DNA of 64,000 nucleotides, taken from the IMG/VR virus record IMGVR_UViG_3300024346_008124, positions 1-64,000 of that record. One strand, 5' to 3'. Under the pieces are notes generated by a model that saw only the letters and a program-made list of their open reading frames with translations, ran no database searches and was not told the DNA's origin. The stretch comes from a virus. Made by a program: the position numbers and the translations under genes. Positions 58,618-64,000 of the stretch are shown in pieces; the stretch's first letter is position 1; the number at the start of each line of letters is the position of its first letter.

Positions 58618-58628
58618 TTTATATCCTA

Positions 58629-61600
58629 TTAAGGTCTAGCCTCTGGGTTATCTAAAGCTTTCTTTACTTCATCTGCTACTAGTCCACCAATACTATCGGT
58701 TATTTGTTGAGCTATTGCACCACCATCTACGCCGGGAAGATTAATTTGACCATCAACTGTGACAGTATGCTGCATTTCAAAAAATCCAAATCTTTCATTT
58801 AAACTTTCTAAGTTGGTAGAAAGCTTTGTTATGGATGCTGTAATTTTGTCAAAGGTTTGAGAAATTTGTGTTAAATCTATTCCCCCTGTGGCACTTCCTC
58901 CATCTTGAAGATACTGAGTACCTCCAACCATACCCCCTTTATTAAATCCTTTAACCTGACCGCGATTTAACGCCTTCATAGTGCCTACGCCGTGCTGTCT
59001 TACGGCTCCCGCACTCATTACAAACTCGCCCGGAGTTAACATAGCAGGAACTGTATCGCCGCCAGAAATACCTCCACCAGCAGCCCTAAACCTTGCCCCA
59101 CCTCTGAATTGTTGCTGTTGTTGGTACTTCATGAATTTTTGATACTGCTGGAACTGCTGGAACTGCTGCATGGCTTGTGGAGAACCCATCATATTGGGGT
59201 TGTTTTTAAATGCCTGCGTTATACCTCTTCCCGTTCCAGCGCCCGCGCCGCCCGATGGCGTAAAGTTTTGAGACTTTGCGAATCTTTGCGCTGCTGCTGG
59301 GCCATTTGTTCTTAAAATTCTTTCGTATCTTGCTTGATTAGCTTGTTGGTCTGTTGTGCCGGATAATCCAGATTTTACTCCAGAAAGCCTTGCTGTTTTT
59401 CTACTGGCCGCCGTACTTGTATTTCTTTTTGCATCTTTTCTGGCTTTAAAAGCGTCTCTGTTTGTTTTTAATCTAGCGTTTTTAGCTGCCGCAACAGCAT
59501 CGTCTAATGCGGAAGCGCCGCCTAAAGCGTCCGTATATGGATTAATATCGTCAGAACCATAAATAGTGGTAGCAGCCGTGGCAGCCGTGCTTTGAAAAGG
59601 GTCTTTAGGTTTTGGAGCGGCTTGCGCGTAAGTCGTTCCATATTTTGTCATCCGCTCGCGTTCTCTATACTGCTCGTAAGTTTCGTTTTTATTGATAAGA
59701 CCAGCGTTTTTAGCAGCCCTAAAGTGCTTAGGAGAAAGAGCGCCAGTTCCTTCGTCCTTGGGCAAGGCTCCTAAAGCGTCTGTGCTTTGTCTAGTAGCCA
59801 TTGGAGAAACTCTAAACTGATTAGAAACATTAGGCATATTAGCTGCCGCTGAAAATCTATCAAAAACCGGATCGCTTGGTTGGTTTAGTATTTTCTTACG
59901 GTTTGGATCTATGGCGCCGGAACCCAATTTGCTATAGGTTTCAAATTCGCTACTAGAATCCGGCCTAGATACACCACCACGAAATTCGTCTCCAGCCTTT
60001 GCAGCTTTCACGAAAGACCCTCCATCTTTCAGAATTTGTTGGTTGTAAGCATCTGCCGCTTCCCGTCCTTCATTACCTAGAATTTCAAAGTATTTAATTT
60101 GCTCTTTAGTCAAACCCTCACGATCTGCTTCTGATACCTTACGCCTACTTCCATCACTAAGATAACTAACCCCACTATTTATAGCAGCTAAAGTATCAGT
60201 ACCTATCGCATCAACAGCCGACTTTCTAATAACAAACTCGCCCGGAGTCAACATGGCCGGAACTGTATCTGTTCCTTTTGGTTGGAATATGCTGCCGCCA
60301 TTAGCTCTGTAAATCAAACCGCCTCTAGCTCTACCTTGAGGCTCAACAAGGGCTGGAGCAACATTTGCAGGATCAAGCCCCTGTTGGGCAGCCTGCATCA
60401 CTCCGCTGAGTTTATTAATTTCAAACGCTAAAAGCTCATTAGAATCAATAAGTTGTTGTTCTTTTGTCGTGGCAGTGGCGAGTTGTTCTGCTATTCTAGG
60501 ATCAAGACCCATTTGAATAGCATCTCTAAACACCAATTCTTGTTTTATTTCTTTACCAGTAAATCCGCCCAAAAGCTCAACATCTCCAAGCTTGTCAAGG
60601 AAGCCTACAGTAGCAGACCTTTGCTCTTCTGTTTGGTTTTGTAGTGTACCGCTAGCAAAAGCTTTTCTTACACCAGTAGCCGCTTCCACAAGCGCTTTTC
60701 TTGTATCTTGACCACCAACAACAAACTCTTCTACAACAGCAGTAACAGCTTCTCTTTTTGCTCTTTCTTTTTCTATAGCCTCTGCGTTGCGCTCCATTTC
60801 GGCAAACATATCATCTACTCTGCCGCTTTGGTCTGCAAGTCTTTCTAGTTCTTTATTTACAGCAGCAAGTTGTTTCAAAGTTTCAGACTGTTCTTTGGCG
60901 AGACCGGTTCTTAGTTTATCGTCTGTAGTTCCTCGTATTTTTGTTCCTTGCTGTTGAGATAAAGCGGATAGCCTTTGTCTTTCTCCTGTCAAGCCACCAA
61001 TATCACCAGCAGCCACCCCTACGCCAGCAGCAGTCAAATTGCCCTGAGCTTGTTGAACTCTTCTTGCTTCTTTAGCACTTCTATCTTGAACAGCAGCGTC
61101 ACGACCAAGAGATTGATTAATAATATTTCTAGCTCTTATCTCTCTGTCAATAGCCTGTTCTTGTTGTTGGAATACAGCGTTTCTAAATTTAATTTCTTCT
61201 CCATACTGTCTTTTTACTTCATTTAAGTAAGACGTATATGCATTAAGATATTCTTGGTTACCTTTTGTTATTTCATCCGTTATTTTTTTGTTGGCTTCTG
61301 CTGATGCTTGTATTGGTTTTAATATATTATCTAATTCTTGTTGAGTTATTCCGCCCGCAGAAGCTTTTGCTATACCCCTTATTATATCCTCTTGCACCTT
61401 TTCTGGTAGGAAGCTTAGATCGGGCAGCGCGCTTCCAAACTGATCTTCCATAATATCCATAAGGCTATCAATATCTGTGCCAGCGGCGCGAGACACATCT
61501 ACACTAGACCTGTTTAAAAGCCCAGTATCGGGAGCTTCAAAAACCTTTAAAGCTTCCGCAACTTGAATTTGTGTATCTATAGCCTTTTGCGCCTGATCGC

Positions 61601-64000
61601 GCTCACCGGGATCTGAAATTCCAGAAATTGCCCCCTGAGCATCAGCGCTAAACTGGTTAAGATCAGTGGTCGCAGTAACAGCCTGCAATTTAGTAGCAGT
61701 CAATTTACTACCCTTTCCTTGAGCTATACCTGCTTGATCTTCAATACCTAGCCTGTCATCTATGAAGCCTTTCGTTCTGTCTGAAAAAGCCTGTAAAGCT
61801 TCGGCAGCTTCAAATAATCGCGTTCTTAAAGCTTCGGCAGCTTGAGCGGCAGCAATGTCTGCATCTCTTCTTTTTATAGCACTATTAACAGCCTCTTTTT
61901 CGCCATTTTCAATATTTCCTATTAATTTATTTCTTCCCTCTATTTCTCTATCTATAGCTTCTTGTAATTGATCCCGATCTTTCTGATCAGTAGATTCGTT
62001 CAGCTGCGATTTTAACTTAGCTTCTCTTAATATAGACTCATTTCGTATAGCAGATGTAGAAGCCTCTATCGCCTTTAAATAATCTTGATTAACCTTGAGG
62101 CCAGAACTACTAAGATCATCAAAGCTAGTTACACTAGTGTCACTAACATCTATGTTTTGCCGAGCTTCACCGAGCGTTTTAATAGACTCTGCTGTATTTT
62201 TTGCCGCTGATTCCAGTGCTAAATTTAAATTTTTTAGCGAGGTTTGCAAAGCTAGTCTAAGCGTAGGCGGAATCAGTTCTAAATCTGAATCGTTTAGATT
62301 CATAAGACGTTCTATATCTAGAATGGGATTTCCTTTACTATCCGTACTCCTATCTCCGGAAGCCTTGAGAAAAGATGGATCTATGTCCCTATTGAGAAGA
62401 TTACCCTGAGCTTCCTTTGACGCCTTTAAGATATTGCTAAATAAATCATCAAACTGTTCTTGACCGCCGGGACTTCTGTTTGTAAAATCTTTTTGAGCTT
62501 GCAGTCTTTGAGAAACCCTTTCTTCTGGAGTTAAAGATTCCGCTAAGTCAATATCATTAAGACTACTTTCAAAACTCTTTAAAGACATAACCAAACTTTG
62601 TTGCGCTAAAAGTTGATAATTTAAAGCTTCGGTATTTTTTACTACCTGTGCTTCAAACGCCGCTGCAACTTCTGGATCATTTTGATAATCTGCAACAGCC
62701 TGTGCTACAAAATATGCATCTAAAGCAGGAGCAAAGGTTTTAAGCATGAAACTGCTACCGTCTTTGGCCGCCTGCTTTTCTCCCCGTGTTGCACCAGTCA
62801 TATCCATAGCGGACGAAGCAAAACTACCGGGAAGCATACTAGCAAACGGAAGCGCCATTCCTGACATAAATTGTCTAGATTCTTCTTCTTTTCGTTCCTG
62901 ATTAGCAATATTTTTAAGTATAGCAGATAAGCCTTCTCCAGTTTCTTGAAATGTTTCTATAAATTTTTGAGCAGCTTTTCCAAAATTATCTGCTTCTGCC
63001 TTCGCTCTAGCTGAAAAATAATACATAGCAATAGCAAAAGTGGCAGCTATGGCAACCACAGCCAAAAGACCAGCCGCAAGAGCGGCAGCCGCAATAGCAA
63101 GCGGACCCATCGCGGCAGTGACGAGAGAACTAGCACCAGCCTCTGCTGTATCTGCACCAGCGCTTAAAATAGAAGCCCCCGATTCAGTAATCGCGCTACC
63201 TATTTGACTTACAAGAGCCGCCCCCATAAACACAAAACTAGCACCCACATCAACTAAAGTTCCAGTAATACCACCCACAACAGCGACCATAGTGGTGGTT
63301 TGAGTGATAGCCGTTTTTGTAGCCTCGTTCAGCCCAGACATTTGAGAAGTAACGCTGCCTACCATAGCGCCTAGAAAGAGCAAGCTTTGCGCTGATCCGG
63401 CAGCACTCTGAACAGCAGAAGCTCCTCTACTCACCCTTTGAGCGCCCCCTTGTAATGCTCCACCCACCCTTTGGCCGCGAGTCATAGCTGAACGATTTAT
63501 CGCTGCTTGTTCTTTATCTCTAGCGGCATTGGATTCTCTTATTTCTTGAGCTTCTTTATCTAGCTGAATAGCGACATCTTTTATGTCCACATCCATTTTT
63601 TTCAGATCGCCATCTGTTCTTTTGACTGTTGTATCGGCTTTTTTAAACGTAGCTTCAAGCTGTTTAGCAATCTGATTTAATTTGGCTAATATTTTTTCAA
63701 AAACGCCCATTTGCTTTGTGGCAGCCTGTAGGCTTTTTGAGTCGATCATACCAGATCCGGCCAAGGCTTGTGTTGGAGAATATCTAGCCCCACCCGCGAG
63801 AGGTCCGTTGCCATAAAAATCTCTACCGGTAGTAACAACACCACCGGCGGCATAACCTTTTACGCCTTGCTCATTCATTCTTTTTAGATTGCCGTAGCCA
63901 ATACTTTTTGATGCGCTTTTATTAAATACAAACTCGCCGGGAGTTAACATGGCAGGAACAGTATCAGAACCAGAGATACCGCCACCTTTATTCAAACCTG
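58629..64000 (-). CDS. tail tape measure protein (5'-truncated by the window edge)
   Basis: Long Ala/Gln-rich helical protein with hydrophobic segments and three DTVPAMLTPGEFV motifs; frame is open to the window end, so TTG 63995 is not the true start. Confidence 0.88.
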   Translation of the reverse strand, partial: GLNKGGGISGSDTVPAMLTPGEFVFNKSASKSIGYGNLKRMNEQGVKGYAAGGVVTTGRDFYGNGPLAGGARYSPTQALAGSGMIDSKSLQAATKQMGVFEKILAKLNQIAKQLEATFKKADTTVKRTDGDLKKMDVDIKDVAIQLDKEAQEIRESNAARDKEQAAINRSAMTRGQRVGGALQGGAQRVSRGASAVQSAAGSAQSLLFLGAMVGSVTSQMSGLNEATKTAITQTTTMVAVVGGITGTLVDVGASFVFMGAALVSQIGSAITESGASILSAGADTAEAGASSLVTAAMGPLAIAAAALAAGLLAVVAIAATFAIAMYYFSARAKAEADNFGKAAQKFIETFQETGEGLSAILKNIANQERKEEESRQFMSGMALPFASMLPGSFASSAMDMTGATRGEKQAAKDGSSFMLKTFAPALDAYFVAQAVADYQNDPEVAAAFEAQVVKNTEALNYQLLAQQSLVMSLKSFESSLNDIDLAESLTPEERVSQRLQAQKDFTNRSPGGQEQFDDLFSNILKASKEAQGNLLNRDIDPSFLKASGDRSTDSKGNPILDIERLMNLNDSDLELIPPTLRLALQTSLKNLNLALESAAKNTAESIKTLGEARQNIDVSDTSVTSFDDLSSSGLKVNQDYLKAIEASTSAIRNESILREAKLKSQLNESTDQKDRDQLQEAIDREIEGRNKLIGNIENGEKEAVNSAIKRRDADIAAAQAAEALRTRLFEAAEALQAFSDRTKGFIDDRLGIEDQAGIAQGKGSKLTATKLQAVTATTDLNQFSADAQGAISGISDPGERDQAQKAIDTQIQVAEALKVFEAPDTGLLNRSSVDVSRAAGTDIDSLMDIMEDQFGSALPDLSFLPEKVQEDIIRGIAKASAGGITQQELDNILKPIQASAEANKKITDEITKGNQEYLNAYTSYLNEVKRQYGEEIKFRNAVFQQQEQAIDREIRARNIINQSLGRDAAVQDRSAKEARRVQQAQGNLTAAGVGVAAGDIGGLTGERQRLSALSQQQGTKIRGTTDDKLRTGLAKEQSETLKQLAAVNKELERLADQSGRVDDMFAEMERNAEAIEKERAKREAVTAVVEEFVVGGQDTRKALVEAATGVRKAFASGTLQNQTEEQRSATVGFLDKLGDVELLGGFTGKEIKQELVFRDAIQMGLDPRIAEQLATATTKEQQLIDSNELLAFEINKLSGVMQAAQQGLDPANVAPALVEPQGRARGGLIYRANGGSIFQPKGTDTVPAMLTPGEFVIRKSAVDAIGTDTLAAINSGVSYLSDGSRRKVSEADREGLTKEQIKYFEILGNEGREAADAYNQQILKDGGSFVKAAKAGDEFRGGVSRPDSSSEFETYSKLGSGAIDPNRKKILNQPSDPVFDRFSAAANMPNVSNQFRVSPMATRQSTDALGALPKDEGTGALSPKHFRAAKNAGLINKNETYEQYRERERMTKYGTTYAQAAPKPKDPFQSTAATAATTIYGSDDINPYTDALGGASALDDAVAAAKNARLKTNRDAFKARKDAKRNTSTAASRKTARLSGVKSGLSGTTDQQANQARYERILRTNGPAAAQRFAKSQNFTPSGGAGAGTGRGITQAFKNNPNMMGSPQAMQQFQQFQQYQKFMKYQQQQQFRGGARFRAAGGGISGGDTVPAMLTPGEFVMSAGAVRQHGVGTMKALNRGQVKGFNKGGMVGGTQYLQDGGSATGGIDLTQISQTFDKITASITKLSTNLESLNERFGFFEMQHTVTVDGQINLPGVDGGAIAQQITDSIGGLVADEVKKALDNPEARP
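59019..59057 (-). repeat. tape-measure motif, copy 3 (DTVPAMLTPGEFV)
   Basis: 39-nt near-identical copy of 60231-60269 and 63927-63965. Confidence 0.9.
60231..60269 (-). repeat. tape-measure motif, copy 2 (DTVPAMLTPGEFV)
   Basis: Identical peptide, synonymous differences only. Confidence 0.9.
63927..63965 (-). repeat. tape-measure motif, copy 1 (DTVPAMLTPGEFV)
   Basis: Identical peptide, synonymous differences only. Confidence 0.9.

Noticed and set aside
63993-63995. TTG start of the tape measure gene
   Set aside because: The frame remains open to the window edge and the TTG falls within a repeated GG motif, so the gene starts outside the window
1-64000. Stop-codon reassignment as seen in some large phages
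   Set aside because: Code 11 gives near-complete coding density with intact long ORFs, and TAA, TAG and TGA all end genes at coupled junctions

Overview
This window is a 64-kb segment of a large, AT-rich tailed dsDNA phage, probably a jumbo phage, read in the standard bacterial code (TAA, TAG and TGA all act as stops). It has two convergent, very densely packed blocks that meet at a bidirectional intrinsic terminator (35019-35051). The + strand block (1-34964) carries PhoH and a replication/recombination module: RecA-like recombinase, DnaB, DnaG, dNMP kinase, a Cas4/RecB-like nuclease, and a DNA polymerase III alpha (DnaE) split into two genes with no intein, with a small ORF and a DEDDh proofreading exonuclease between the halves. 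An ~18-kb, ~20-gene glycan-biosynthesis island follows directly. It includes three GT4, GT2, CgeB-like GT, GT47/exostosin-like, GT10, GT11 and GT25 transferases, a nucleotidyltransferase, an Fcl/ColC-like reductase, a ColD-like 3-dehydratase, a 2OG-Fe(II) oxygenase and an aminotransferase. The block ends with an endonuclease and a Rad52-like annealase. The - strand block (35076-64000) holds virion/tail genes: the 3' part of a tape measure protein with a thrice-repeated motif, and giant 3293, 2140 and 1419 aa putative tail proteins with FG-GAP-like, Ig-like and lysine-less biotinyl/lipoyl-like modules. The best candidates for undescribed biology are (i) the phage-encoded fucose/colitose-type glycosylation pathway and (ii) the intein-free bipartite DnaE with a degenerate PHP domain and an interposed exonuclease. 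All family calls come from motif recognition by eye; no database search was run. I found no tRNA, rRNA or CRISPR array.
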